Position numbers and translations under genes: made by a program. A stretch of DNA of 64,000 nt from Pristiophorus japonicus (taxonomy: Eukaryota), in the NCBI RefSeq assembly GCF_044704955.1, contig NC_091980.1, positions 93,248,001 to 93,312,000 on the forward strand. The letters run 5' to 3'. The notes below the pieces were generated by a model. It was not told where the DNA came from. It was given only the letters and a program-made list of their open reading frames with translations, and searched no databases. This document shows, piece by piece, positions 12,562 through 25,614 of this stretch; the stretch's first letter is position 1; each line of letters starts with the position of its first letter.

Positions 12562-13666
12562 ATTTTCGCACCTATTCCCCTAACTTTAGGCTTAAAAATG
12601 TTGTATTTGGGGTGGACAAGAGCAGAAATTCTGGTTCCCTGCCCCTTTTTGTGTTCATTAGATTTCCAGCCCACTTGGGAGCAGGTGTAGAATACACTTT
12701 CCCAAAATATAAGCAGGTGCAAGCAATGCAGGACTTCTTGTATTTGCAACCTTAGCAACATTGGATGCTAGAGACCGCCTATGTAATCTTGACATGCAGC
12801 TTTGCTGGAGCATCAGAGGCTTTTTGTAAAGGAAATGGCCAGGGTTTCCCAACTGCAATCAAAGCAACTTTGGCCTTTCAAAGAAGCTGACCAATTGTTT
12901 TTCTTAAAACTCTTCAGTTTGGCCCAGGCACAATCAGTTTCCTAAGGTGAATACCCAAGATGGACATTAGTGGCAACCTGTCCGTGCATACAACTGCTCG
13001 TGACTGGGGAAAGTGGAGCAGAGTCAGGGATGCACAAACAGGAACAAGTTAATTCACAAACCTGGTGACAAGTACAGAAACGATGGAAGTGAGTGCCAAG
13101 TCCAGCACGTATCAGGTACCTGGTGGTTCCAAATGTGTGGGAATGTAGGAATGTGTATGATTCCCTCAGATGATTGATGGTTACCATATTGTGAGGGCTA
13201 TACAAATGGGCTCCCACTACTTCTCTGAAATACTGGTACATAAATCTGCCTGCTATATCTTCTGAAGATAGCAGGTGTTCATCAGTTCATAGAAATTAAA
13301 ACAAAAAGACCTTTCCCCTGGCAGGAGGAAGAAATGGAAAACTTTTTTATATATCATAATTTTTTTTAACCATCACTGCCTCTAGTACTATTAGTATTAC
13401 TTCTTGTAAGTACTTCATTGCTTTAAACTGAGTTAATATGTTATGCACAAAGGATAAATAACACTGAGTACAGGTTTAAACAGAAAATGCTTCTATCATT
13501 TGACGACCATTTTAGGAATTATTATCTGGTAAATGCTGAATTAATATTATTTATACTTTGTGTACATATCAGCTTAACCCAGGATATCAAGGAATTTACA
13601 TGTTCATGACATTCAGTTGGTCAGAGAAACAGACATTGTTTTTTTTTACACAGGTGTTGTACCCAC

Positions 13667-13725
13667 CCGTAGCTTCTTTTCCATTCTCGCAGACTGTTTA
13701 CAAAGTGGATGCCATACTTCACAGC
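13667..13725 (-). CDS. ABLIM3: ABLIM3 coding exon (end of LIM4)
   Basis: 59-nt phase-1 exon, ttcag acceptor and gtgggt donor; (G)CEVWHPLCKQSARMEKKLR, in frame with the upstream exon. Confidence 0.95.
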
Positions 13726-14215
13726 CTGAAACAAAAAAAACACAACTCAAGCCAAATGTGTGACAACATTGCAGTGAAACATACAGCTTTTCCCACCTTG
13801 TGCTGTGGCAGCAAACCAAAACAAATGACATAATTCCATCAGATAAATAAGCGACACGTTTTGCAGGTAAATTTGATTAACACCCATTTCAAAGCAGAAC
13901 ATACGCTTTGTCTTATATGGATATGGTCATATCATTATATGCTTTCATTTCAGCCCTAATTACGAGGTTTGGTTTGATCTAAAATGGGACTCACACTGAG
14001 GTAACCAATAATAACAATGTGGGAGATGCCCACAGTATTGGCAAAATTGCAAGCTGTATTTGCCGCCATGAAGGAATGACGAGAACATATGCAAACTGGA
14101 TTAGGGTTACTCTCCCACACATTCTCAAATAAAATGGTGTTAAGTTTATTTTTTTCAAACTATATTAAATGCCATAGCTACCATATTTTTGTTCCAACAA
14201 AGTCAGATGCCTCTT

Positions 14216-14560
14216 TAGAAACATAGAAACATAGAAAATACGTGCAGGAGTAGGCCATTCGGCCCTTCTAGCCTGCACCGCCATTCAATGAGTTCATGGC
14301 TGAACATTCAACTTCAGTACCCCATTCCTGCTTTCTCGCCATACCCCTTGATCCCCCTAGTAGTAAGGACCTCATCTAACTCCTTTTTGAATATATTTAG
14401 TGAATTGGCCTCAACAACTTTCTGTGGTAGAGAATTCCACAGGTTCACCACTCTCTGGGTGAAGAAGTTCCTCCGCATCTCGGTCCTAAATGGCTTACCC
14501 CTTATCCTTAGACTGTGACCTCTGGTTCTGGACTTCCCCAACATTGGGAACATTCTTCCT
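14216..14560 (-). mobile_element. CR1 LINE 3' fragment (young subfamily)
   Basis: Encodes essentially the same C-terminal peptide as ORF 20235-22124; tail reads tagaaacatagaaac on the plus strand. Confidence 0.92.
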
Positions 14561-15142
14561 TTTAAAATTCTTGTGGCCTTGCAGTGTCATTTACAGAGAA
14601 CTTATATATAAAGATATGTTGCCAAGGGGTTTTGTTGTTGAGGAACAAGTTAAGCTCCAAACCATCACATGTATTATGGATGTAGAAAATATTTGCAATT
14701 TCTGGACGTGTTTTAGCCTCGCTTGTGCCCTGCAACCAATTTACGAAACTGTACACTGAATTGTACGTCCATGGAAAACTGATTGATACAAGTCTGAACA
14801 GGTCAGAGTCTCCGAATGTAGGAAAGAAATATTTATAGATAAAATGGAAATTCGTTTGACAAATGAAAAATATATATAAATAAATATTCCGGAAATAAAC
14901 TAATGTGAAAGAGATTTAGGCCTGAAATATCCTGAAACTAACTTACACAGAAATTACGCAGAAATGTACCCTGTATTCTATGCTGATCTTGCCGGCGGGT
15001 ACTTACGCCCAAATTTCCTGTGGAGTTCACGCACCTAAGCCAGATCATAAAAATCGTTCCAAAAAAAGTGCAAATGCAGCACCACCAATATTGATCTGCT
15101 GTCTTCTGCCATGGAGCCTCACTCTCCGAGCCGCTTGTAAAT

Positions 15143-15240
15143 TAACAACAACAACAACAACTTGCATTTATAAACATAGTAAAACATCCCAAGGCAATTC
15201 ACAGGAGCATTATCAAACACCAAGCCACAAAAGGAGATGT
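15143..15240 (-). mobile_element. L2-type 3' tail fragment (LINE or SINE)
   Basis: Minus strand ends tataaatgcaagttgttgttgttg. Confidence 0.5.
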
Positions 15241-15354
15241 GATGACACCACCAAAATGAAAATTACCCTCTTTTTCATCTTGCTTACATTTTCCTCATAA
15301 AAGGTGCCATTGTCAAAGTATGTTATTATATACCCATTAGTCCCACTCCTATGG

Positions 15355-15462
15355 TGAAGATGCAGGGGAGTGGAACTAATTGGACGGCTCTTTCAAATAG
15401 CTGGCACAAGCACAATGGACTGAGTGGCTTCATTTTGTGCTGTATGATTTTATGATTCTATG
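15355..15462 (+). mobile_element. Old CR1 3' UTR fragment
   Basis: ggactgagtggcttc...tgtgctgtatgattttatgattctatg tail. Confidence 0.6.
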
Positions 15463-15763
15463 AAATGACATTTATGAAAAATACTTCTGTGATTTCACAG
15501 AGGAGTCACGTGTCAGTGAATAAACTCAATTCCTGCAGATATATGGCAAACTGTAGAGAAAAACATGATGCAGTTCTACTCCCCTACACTACTAATCATT
15601 GAGCAAATAGGCAGTTCCTTAAAGATATTAGCTACAGTGATGTACCCATTATTTCTTTCTTCCTTATTGATTAACCAGATACTGTAATAATGAAAGTGAA
15701 ATGATGGGTTTAATCATATACTGAAGAAAACCAATGATTCTGAGGATTAGTTACTTTATTACA

Positions 15764-16538
15764 GGCCTGAATTTTCAAAATGTGAATACGTTTGGCAACA
15801 GTCAGCGGCGAAGCAAAGGAACTTGCCGCTGGTCCCGAAGAAAGCTCGTGATCGCCATGGCAAGACGTTTGCCATTTTTGACAATCAATTGAGTGCTGCG
15901 CTGTAAATAGGGGAGTCCTAAAGGAATAAGCTGTCTACGCAGCCAACACTGAAGAAATCTCAGAGACAGGAAACCAGGAAATGAGAAGTTGCTTTTATCT
16001 GCACTTAAAAAAAATGTTACAGAGAGCAACATAAAGATTGGGACTTTCACATGAGGCTAAGTTAGAAGTTGAAATATCATCAACAAATTAAAAAAATATA
16101 TATTTTTATCAAATTGGAGAAATTTGACATTCCACAAATATTAAAATTAGTTTTTAGAGTCAAAATGTTTGTTTTCCAGTCAATACAGTGTTAAAGCCAG
16201 TTACACCTACTCCAACAAGGGTTAACATTTAATGAGGTATTTAACAGTGATTTTACTGTGGAAAAGTCCAGGTTTTCACCAGTTTCACTGATTTCACTGA
16301 TTATACTGATTGCTGGCTATGAGGGTGTGGTGGTGGTGGTGGGGAGGGGGGGGGGGGGGAGGGAGGGGTGTGTGTGTAGGGGTCCACTCTGCAGTCTGTG
16401 TCAGAGCAGTGAATGACTAACTCAATTTCTGCGTTTAGATGCGCATGGGCTAAATCCTGAAGTTGCAGTTAGTTTCAGAGGGGTAATGACCGTGGAAGCT
16501 GACAGTTCACTGTCATTACCCACTGAAAATTCCAGGCC
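15764..16538. mobile_element. Harbinger-type MITE
   Basis: TIRs ggcctgaattttca / tgaaaattccaggcc; internal poly-G tract near 16321-16382. Confidence 0.65.
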
Positions 16539-16886
16539 ATTGTGTTATTCCACCAGCATAAACTGAACCACAGAGTGTGATTTGAGATCCTCAATGAATC
16601 CAGTTACTGAACCCAGCTCTATCACGATCAGGAGAGTCCAAGTGGAAACCAAGCATTTCTCCACAGGAGGAAGAGAAAATTGATGTGATGTTATCTCCAG
16701 CGCATATTCATTGTTGGCAATTTTTCAATGACATTGGCATTGGTGATGACATCATCATTGCCGGCGCAATGGTCTGGGGCGCTACCGGCAGGAAAGGGGT
16801 GCTACTGGTTAGCACCGCTGCTAAACCGCGGGAGTCAGTAGCAGTGCCACAGCGCACCCTGGCCGCCAAGTCATTTGCGCCCTGTT

Positions 16887-19461
16887 AGGAGATGGAGTAG
16901 CGTTGCTGGTTAAAGAGGAAATTAACGCAATAGTAAGGAAGGACATTAGCTTGGATGATGTGGAATCTGTATGGGTAGAGATGTGGAATATCAAATGACA
17001 GAAAATGCTAGAGACCATCAAACAGTAACAGTGAGGTTGGGACAGCAGCAAACAAAAAAATAGGGATGTGTGCAATAAAGGTACAGCAGTTATCATAGGC
17101 AACTTTAATCTACATATAGATTGGACTAACCAAACTGGTAGCAATACGGTGGAGGAGGATTTCCTGGAGTGTATAAGGGATGGTTTTCTAGATCAATATG
17201 TCGAGGAACCAACTAGAGGGCTGGCCATCCTAGGCTGGGTGATGTGTAATGAGAAAGGACAAATTAGCAATCTTGTTGTGCGAGGCCCCTTGGGGAAGAG
17301 TGACCATAACATGGTAGAATTCTTTATTAAGATGGAGAGTGACACAGTTAATTCAGAGACTAGGGTCCTGAACTTAAGGAAAGGTAACTTTGATGGTATG
17401 ATACGTGAATTGGCTAGAATAGACTGGCGAATGATACTTAAAGGGTTGACGGTGGATAGGCAATGGCAGACATTTAAAGATCACATGGATGAACTTCAAC
17501 AATTGTACATCCCTTTCTGGAATAAAAATAAAACGAGGAAGGTGGCTCAATCGTGGCTAATGAGGGAAATTAAGGATAATGTTAAATCCAAGGAAGAGCA
17601 TATAAATTGGCCAGAAAAAGCAGCAAACCTGAGGACTGGGAGAAATTTAGAATTCAGCAGAGGAGGACAAAGGGTTTAATTAGGAGGGGGAAATAGATTA
17701 TGAGAGTAAGCTTGCTGGGAACATAAAAACTGACTGCAAAAGCTTCTATAGATATGTGAAGAGAAAAAGATTAGTGAAGACAAACATAGGTCCCTTGCAG
17801 TCAGAATCAGTTGAATTTATAATGGGGAATAAAGAAATGGCAGACCAATTGAACAAGTACTTTGGTTCTATCTTCACGAGGACACAAATAATCTTCTGGA
17901 AGTACTAGGGACCGAGGGTCTAGCGAGAAGGAGGAACTGAAGGAAATCCTTATGTCAGGAAATTGTGTTGGGGAAATTGATGGGGTTGAAGGCTGATAAA
18001 TCCCCAGGGCCTGATAGTCTGCATCCCAGAGTACTTAAGGAAGTGGTCCTAGAAATAATGGATGCATTGGTGATAATTTTCCAACAGTCTATCAACTCGG
18101 GATCAGTTCCTATAGACTGGAGGGTAGCTAATGTAACACCACTTTTTAAAAAAGGATGGAGAGAGAAAACGCGGAATTATAGATCAGTTAGCCTGACATC
18201 GGTAGTGCGAAAAATGTTGGAATCAATTATTAAAGATGAAATAGCAGCGCATTTGGAAAACAGTGACAGGATCAGTCCAAGTCAGTATGGATTTATGAAA
18301 GGGAAATCATGCTTGACAAATCTTCTGGAATTTTTTGAGAATGTAACTAGTAGAGTGCACAAGGGAGAACCAGTGGATGTGGTGTATTTAGACTTTCAAA
18401 AGGCATTTGACAAGGTCCCACACAAGAAATTGGTGTGCAAAATTAAAGCACATGGTATTGGGGGTAATGTATTGACATGGATAGAGAACTGGTTGGCAGA
18501 AAGGAAGCAGAGAGTTGGGATAAACGGGTCCTTTTCAGAATGGCAGGCTGTGACCAGTGGGGTGCCGCAGGGCTCAGTGCTGGGACCCCAGATATTTACA
18601 ATATACATCAATGATTTAGATGAAGGTATTGAGTGTAATATCTACAAGTTTGCAGATGACACTAAGCTGGATGGCAGCGTGAGTTGTGAGGAGGATGCTA
18701 AGAGGCTGCAGGGTGACTTGGACAGGTTAGGTGATTGGGCAAATGCATGGCAGATGCAGCATAATGTGGATAAATGTGAGGTTATTCACTTTGGTGGCAA
18801 AAACGGGAAGGCAGAATATTATCTGAATGGCGACAGATTAGGAGAAGGGGAGGTGCAACGAGACCTGGGTGTCATGGTACATCAGTCATTGAAAGTTAGC
18901 ATGCAGGTACAGCAGGCGGTGAAGAAGGCAAATGGCATGTTGGCCTTCATAGCTAGGAGATTTGAGTATAGGAGCAGGGAAATCTTACTGCAGTTGTACA
19001 GGGTCTTGATGAGGTCTCATCTGGAATATTGTGTTCAGTTTTGGTCTCCTAATCTGAGGAAGGACATTCTTGCTATTGAGGGAGTGCAGCGAAGGTTCAC
19101 CAGATTGATTCGCAGGATGGTAGGATTGACATATGAGGAGAGACTGGATCGACTGGGCCTGTATTCACTGGAGTTTAGAAGAGTGAGAGGGGATCTCATA
19201 GAAACATATAAAATACTGTTGGGACTGGACAGGTTAGATGCAGGAAGAATGTTCCCGATGTTGGGGAAGTCCAGAACCAGGGGTCACAGTCTAAGGATAA
19301 GGAGTAAGCCATTTAAAACCGATATGAGGAGAAACTTCGTTACTCAGAGAGTTGTTAACCTGTGGAATTCTCTACCGCAGAGAGTTGTTGATGCCAGTTC
19401 GTCAAATATATTCAAGAGAGAGTTAGATATGGCCCTTAGATATGTTTCTATGTTTCTATGT
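16887..19461 (+). mobile_element. CR1 LINE ORF2 (APE endonuclease plus RT), frameshifted
   Basis: ORFs 17068-17679 (GNFN, SDH) and 17965-19473 (GVPQGSVLGP, FADD); deletion just before the tail. Confidence 0.95.
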
Positions 19462-19634
19462 CCCTTGCGCTAACGGGAGGCGCAAACACAAGAACGTAAG
19501 AAATAAGAGCAGGAGTAGGCCATTTGGCCCCTCGAGCTGTACACCATTCAATGAGATCATGGCTGATCTTCCACCTCAACTCCCGTGACCCCTGGTTCGA
19601 GACTCCCCAGTCAGGGGAAACATCCTCCCTGCTT

Positions 19635-22218
19635 CTACAGACCTCCAAACAGCAGTAGTGATGTTGGGGAGGGAATCAAACATGAAATTAGGGGTACGTG
19701 CAATAAAGGTGCAGCAGTTATAATGGGTGACTTTAATATGCACATAGATTGGGTTAACCAAACTGGAAGCAATACGGTTGAGGAGGATTTCCTAGAGTGC
19801 ATAAGGGATGGTTTTTTAGACCAATATGTCGAGGAACCAACTAGGGGGGAGGCCATCTTAGACAGGGTGTTGTGTAATGAGAGAGGATTAATTAGCAATC
19901 TCGTTGTGCGGGGCCCCTTGGGGAAGAGTGACCATAATATGGTGGAATTCTGCATTAGGATGGAGAATGAAATAGTTAATTCAGAGACCATGGTCAAGAA
20001 CTTAAAGAAGGGTAACTTTGAAGGTATGAGGCGTGAATTGGCTAGGATAGATTGGCGAATGATACTGAAGGGGTTGACTGTGGATGGGCAATGGCAGACA
20101 TTTAGAGACCGCATGGATGAACTACAACAATTGTACATTCCTGTCTGTCGTAAAAATAAAAAAGGGAAGGTGGCTCAACCGTGGCTATCAAGGGAAATCA
20201 GGGATAGCATTAAAGCCAAGGAAGTGGATACAAATTGGCCAGAAATAGCAGCCAACCCGGGGACTGGGAGAAATTTAGAACTCAGCAGAGGAGGACAAAG
20301 GGTTTGATTAGGGCAGGGAAAATGGAGTACAAGAAGAAACTTGCAGGGAACATTAAGACGGATTGCAAAAGTTTCTATAGATATGTAAAGAGAAAAAGGT
20401 TAGTAAAGACAAACGTAGGTCCCCTGCAGTCAGAATCAGGGGAAGTCATAACGGGGAACAAAGAAATGGCGGAACAATTGAACAAGTACTTTGGTTCGGT
20501 ATTCACTGAGGAGGACACAAACAACCTTCCGGATATAAAAGGGGTCGGAGGGTCTAGTAAGGAGGAGGAACTGAGGGAAATCCTTATTAGTCGGGAAATT
20601 GTGTTGGGGAAATTGATGGGATTGAAGGCCGATAAATCCCCAGGGCCTGATGGACTGCATCCCAGAGTACTTAAGGAGGTGGCCTTGGAAATAGTGGATG
20701 CATTGACAGTCATTTTTCAACATTCCATTGACTCTGGATCAGTTCCTATGGAGTGGAGGGTAGCCAATGTAACCCCACTTTTTAAAAAAGGAGGGAGAGA
20801 GAAAACAGGGAATTACAGACCGGTCAGCCTGACATCGGTAGTGGGTAAAATGATGGAATCAATTATTAAGGATGTCATAGCAGTGCATTTGGAAAGAGGT
20901 AATATGATAGGTCCAAGTCAGCATGGATTTGTGAAAGGGAAATCATGCTTGACAAATCTTCTGGAATTTTTTGAGGATGTTTCCAGTAGAGTGGACAAGG
21001 GAGAACCAGTTGATGTGGTATATTTGGACTTTCAGAAGGCTTTCGACAAGGTCCCACACAAGAGATTAATGTGCAAAGTTAAAGCACATGGGATTGGGGG
21101 TAGTGTGCTGACATGGATTGAGAACTGGTTGTCAGACAGGAAGCAAAGAGTAGGAGTAAATGGGGACTTTTCAGAATGGCAGGCAGTGACTAGTGGGGTA
21201 CCGCAAGGTTCTGTGCTGGGGCCCCAGCTGTTTACACTGTACATTAATGATTTAGACGAGGGGATTAAATGTAGTATCTCCAAATTTGCGGATGACACGA
21301 AGTTGGGTGGCAGTGTGAGCTGCAAGGAGGATTCTATGAGGCTGCAGAGTGACTTGGATAGGTTAGGTGAGTGGGCAAATGCATGGCAGATGAAGTATAA
21401 TGTGGATAAATGTGAGGTTATCCACTTTGGTGGTAAAAACAGAGAGACAGACTATTATCTGAATGGTGACAGATTAGGAAAAGGGGAGGTGCAAAGAGAC
21501 CTGGGTGTCATGGTACATCAGTCATTGAAGGTTGGCATGCAGGTACAGCAGGCGGTTAAGAAAGCAAATGGCATGTTGGCCTTCATAGCGAGGGGATTTG
21601 AGTACAAGGGCAGGGAGGTGTTGCTACAATTGCACAGGGCCTTGGTGAGGCCACACCTGGAGTATTGTGTACAGTTTTGGTCTCCTAACCTGAGGAAGGA
21701 CATTCTTGCTATTGAGGGAGTGCAGCGAAGGTTCACCAGACTGATTCCCGGGATGGCGGGACTGACCTATCAAGAAAGACTGGATCAACTGGGCTTGTAT
21801 TCACTGGAGTTCAGAAGAATGAGAGGGGACCTCATAGAAACGTTTAAAATTCTGACGGGGTTAGACAGGTTAGATGCAGGAAGAATTTTCCCAATGTTGG
21901 GGAAGTCCAGAACCAGGGGACACAGTCTAAGGATAAGGGGGAAGCCATTTAGGACCGAGATGAGGAGGAATTTCTTCACCCAGAGAGTGGTGAACCTGTG
22001 GAATTCTCTACCACAGAAAGTTGTTGAGGCCAATTCACTAAATATATTCAAAAAGGAGTTAGATGAAGTCCTTACTACTAGGGGAATCAAGGGGTATGGT
22101 GAGAAAGCAGGAATGGGGTACTGAAGTTGCATGTTCAGCCATGAACCCATTGAATGGCGGTGCAGGCTAGAAGGGCCGAATGGCCTACTCCTGCACCTAT
22201 TTTCTATGTTTCTATGTT
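19635..22218 (+). mobile_element. Young CR1 LINE, 5'-truncated, otherwise near-intact ORF2
   Basis: Endonuclease ORF to 20307 and 629-aa RT ORF 20235-22124 are separated by one frameshift; intact 3' UTR and tail. Confidence 0.97.
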
Positions 22219-22478
22219 TACCCTGTCAAGCCCTGTAAGAATTTTGTATGTTTCAATGAGATCACCTCTCATTCTTCTAAACTCTAGAGAATTGAGGCCA
22301 AGTCTACTCAATCTCTCCTCATAGGACAATCCCCCCATCCCAGGAATCAATCTGGTAAACCTTCATTACATTCCCTCTATGGCAAGTATATCCTTCCTTA
22401 GCTAAGGAAAGAAAAACTGTACACAATACTCCAGGTGTGGTCTCACCAGGCACCAATATAATTGCAGTAAGACGTCTT

Positions 22479-23287
22479 GGTGCCGAAATTCTGCCTCCTG
22501 ATAAGGCCTGTTACCACCGGAAAGCAGCGGCCAGGTGGTGGTGCCGAATGGCTGCTGATTTTTTGTCGAATGGCTGCCGCTTACAAAATTCACCTCGGTG
22601 GTTTTAAAGCGCTCCCCAATTCCGCCCTACTGCTGCCTAACCCTCCGAAGTGCGTTATCAAAGCACGCACTGCCGATCTCCCGCTTGAAGCAAAATTCCC
22701 CTCACAAAATCTTGCGCCTGCTGCGTGGTGCCCCCGACAGTTTTTTCTGTCAGTGCACTGTGCTTGCAGTGTGTGTAAAATGGTGGTGCGGGGAGGGGAA
22801 GGAGCTCTGCCGTGGCCGCCATCTTATTTTTACTTGTCGGCCGACTGCCAGGTTCGCCTGACAATTATGCCCCTGGATTTGGCCGGGCCGCCAACAGGCA
22901 GCCTGGTACCCCCCTCCTGGGAGCCAGGCCGCGGGCCCGGCCGAAGCCATCCCTGATGGCCCAATGGACCTAACTAAAAAAATCGCAGAGCTCGCAACGG
23001 CTCTCCCCTTTAAGTGAAGAGAAGAGATGTGGTGATGCACTAGCATGACGATGTCATCAGTGCTAAGTTGATGAGTGATAGCGGCGGACACCACCCGCCC
23101 CTCTGATGACTGAACTTTTGCTCTCCGCCCCACTTCCACTCCCATTATGACCAACTGCCGGCTCACTCGAAAAAAAATGTCAAAAAGCTGAATTTTGTGC
23201 AAGAGGCCATCACATTCATTGCGGCAGTGAAAACACATCAAACACGGTAGGTGTGTCCCGTTTCTGGTGCGTGTGAATTTTGGCCCC
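22479..23287. mobile_element. Harbinger-type MITE with 3-bp TSD
   Basis: TIRs ggtgccgaaattc / gaattttggcccc; CTT duplicated on both sides; removal restores the host CR1 sequence gacgtctttactc. Confidence 0.85.
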
Positions 23288-25614
23288 CTTTACTCTTATA
23301 CTCAAATCCTCTTGTAATAAAGGCCAACATACCATTTGCTTTCTTAATTGCTTGCTGTACCTGCATGTTAGCTTTCAGTGATTCATGTACAAGGACACTC
23401 AGGTCCATCTGAACACCAGCATTTCCCAATCTCTCACCATTTAAAAAATACTCTTCTATTTTTCCTACCAAAATGGATAACTTCACATTTCTCCACATTA
23501 TATTCCATTTGCCATGTTCTTGCCCACTCACTTAGCCTGTCTATGTCCCTTGAATCCTTTTTGCATCCTGCTCACAACTTATATTCCCACCTAGCTTTGT
23601 ATCATCAGCAAACTTGGATATATTACATTTGATTCCCTCATCCAAATCATTGACATAGATTGTGAACAGCTGGAGCCAAAGCATTAATTCTTGCGGCACT
23701 CCACTAGTTACAGCCTGCCAACCCGAAAATGACCCGTTTATTTCTACTCTCTGTTTTATGTCTGTTAACCAATCCTCAATCCATGCTAGTATATTACCCT
23801 CAATCCTACGAGCCCTAATTTTGCTTAATAATCTGTTGTGTGGCAACTTATCGAATGCCTTCTGAAAATCCAAATACAACACATCCACTGGTTCCCCCTT
23901 ATCTATTCTGCAAGTTATAACCTCAAAAAACTCTAACAGATTTGTCAAACATGATTTCCTCTTTATAAATCCATGTTGACTCTTCCCAATCTTATTATTC
24001 TTTTCTAAATGTTCTGTTACCACGTCCGTAATAATAGATTCTAGCATTTTCCCTGATACTGACGTCAGGCTAAACTGGTCTGTTGTTCCCATTTTCTCTC
24101 TCGCTCCTTTTTTAAAGAGTGGTGTTACATTTTCTACCTTCCAATCTGCGGGAACCGTTCTAGAATCTATGGAATTTTGGAAGATGACAGCCAATGCATC
24201 CACTATTTCTATAGCCATCTGTTTCAAAACCCGAGGATATAGGCCATCAGGTCCAGGGGATTTATCGTTTTTCAGTCCCATTAATTTCTAATTTTTTTGC
24301 TAATACTAATTTATTTCAGTTCGTCATTCTCGCTAGACCCTTATTTCTCCATTATTTCTGGTAAGTTTTTCTGCGTCTTCTTCCATGAAGACAGACACAA
24401 TGTATTTGTTTAATTCTCTGCCATTTCCTTATTACCGATTATAATTTCTCCTGTAACAACCTGTAAGGGACCCACATTTACTTTCGCTAATCTTTTCCCT
24501 TTTACATATCTATAGAAGGTTTTACTATCTGTTTTTATATTCTTGCTCGTTTACTCTCATGTTCTATTTTCCCTTTCTTTTATCAATTTCTTGGTCCTCC
24601 TTTGTTGAATTCTACAATCCTCTCAATCCTCAGGCTTACTACTCTTTTTGGCAATATTATAAGCCTCTCCCTTTGATCTCATACTATTTTTAACTTCTCT
24701 TGTTAGCCACAGTTGGACCACTTTTCCTGTGGGGTTTTTATGCCTTAAAGCAATGTATATTTTTTGTAAATTTTTGTATTAATTCTTTAAATGTATGCCA
24801 CTGCTTATCTACCCACCATACCTTTTAATGTAGTTTCTTTAAATGTTAATGACCAAATTTCTCCCCCAGACTTCATTCAAATGTGGCACAAACGCCTGAG
24901 GCCTTAAATATGCCAGAGGCACTAAGTGCATTGCAAGTGAGTTCAAAGGGCCTTGGGAGTTGAGCATAACTTGTGAGCTCGGTTTATTAGGCCCATGATT
25001 TTCATTAAAATTAGCTGCCTACCCCATAATGTGGCTGGATTCGTGCCTGTTTGAAATATATGCTTAATAGAAGGTCCCCTTTAAATTTAAAGCAAAACTT
25101 TGGGCACTGCTACTGTTCACCCCATGACACTGTCTCCCTGGCTCCAGGAAAGTGTCTACTGCACAACAGGCTGATAGCAGCCCCTCACTGGTGCCAGATA
25201 ATGTGCTCCTAGTGCACTGATTGCACTAGTAAATTGTTTAAATTGGACTACCTCATTTTATGGTAGGTGGGAGGAGTGCCTAATTAGCTCTGGCATGTGG
25301 CTCTGTGTGGAGGCTGCACTTTTACACTCCGGATCAAGAAGTTGCAAATTCACACACATTTTTATGTTTATAAATATAAAAGGTTTGACTTAGAAAACAA
25401 ATCGCCTGTTAATGGAAGATATATATAAAATGAGGTGTTAATTATACATCTGAGCAATGCATATTCAATTCATTATGTTAAATAAAACCAGTAAATAAAA
25501 ACAGTAGGGAATAACTAAAAATGAAAGATAGCAAACAAGGTTTATTCCGACTAATGTCGAATGGCGGCACCACCTACGATTAGCATTCAGCTATTTTTTT
25601 TGCAATGACATAAA

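Larger units (their letters stand above)
19489..24840 (-). mobile_element. Older CR1 LINE interrupted by a young CR1 (19635-22218) and a MITE (22479-23287)
   Basis: Pieces 19489-19635, 22219-22478 and 23288-24840 are colinear on the minus strand; RT ORF 23541-24281 contains FADD. Confidence 0.85.
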
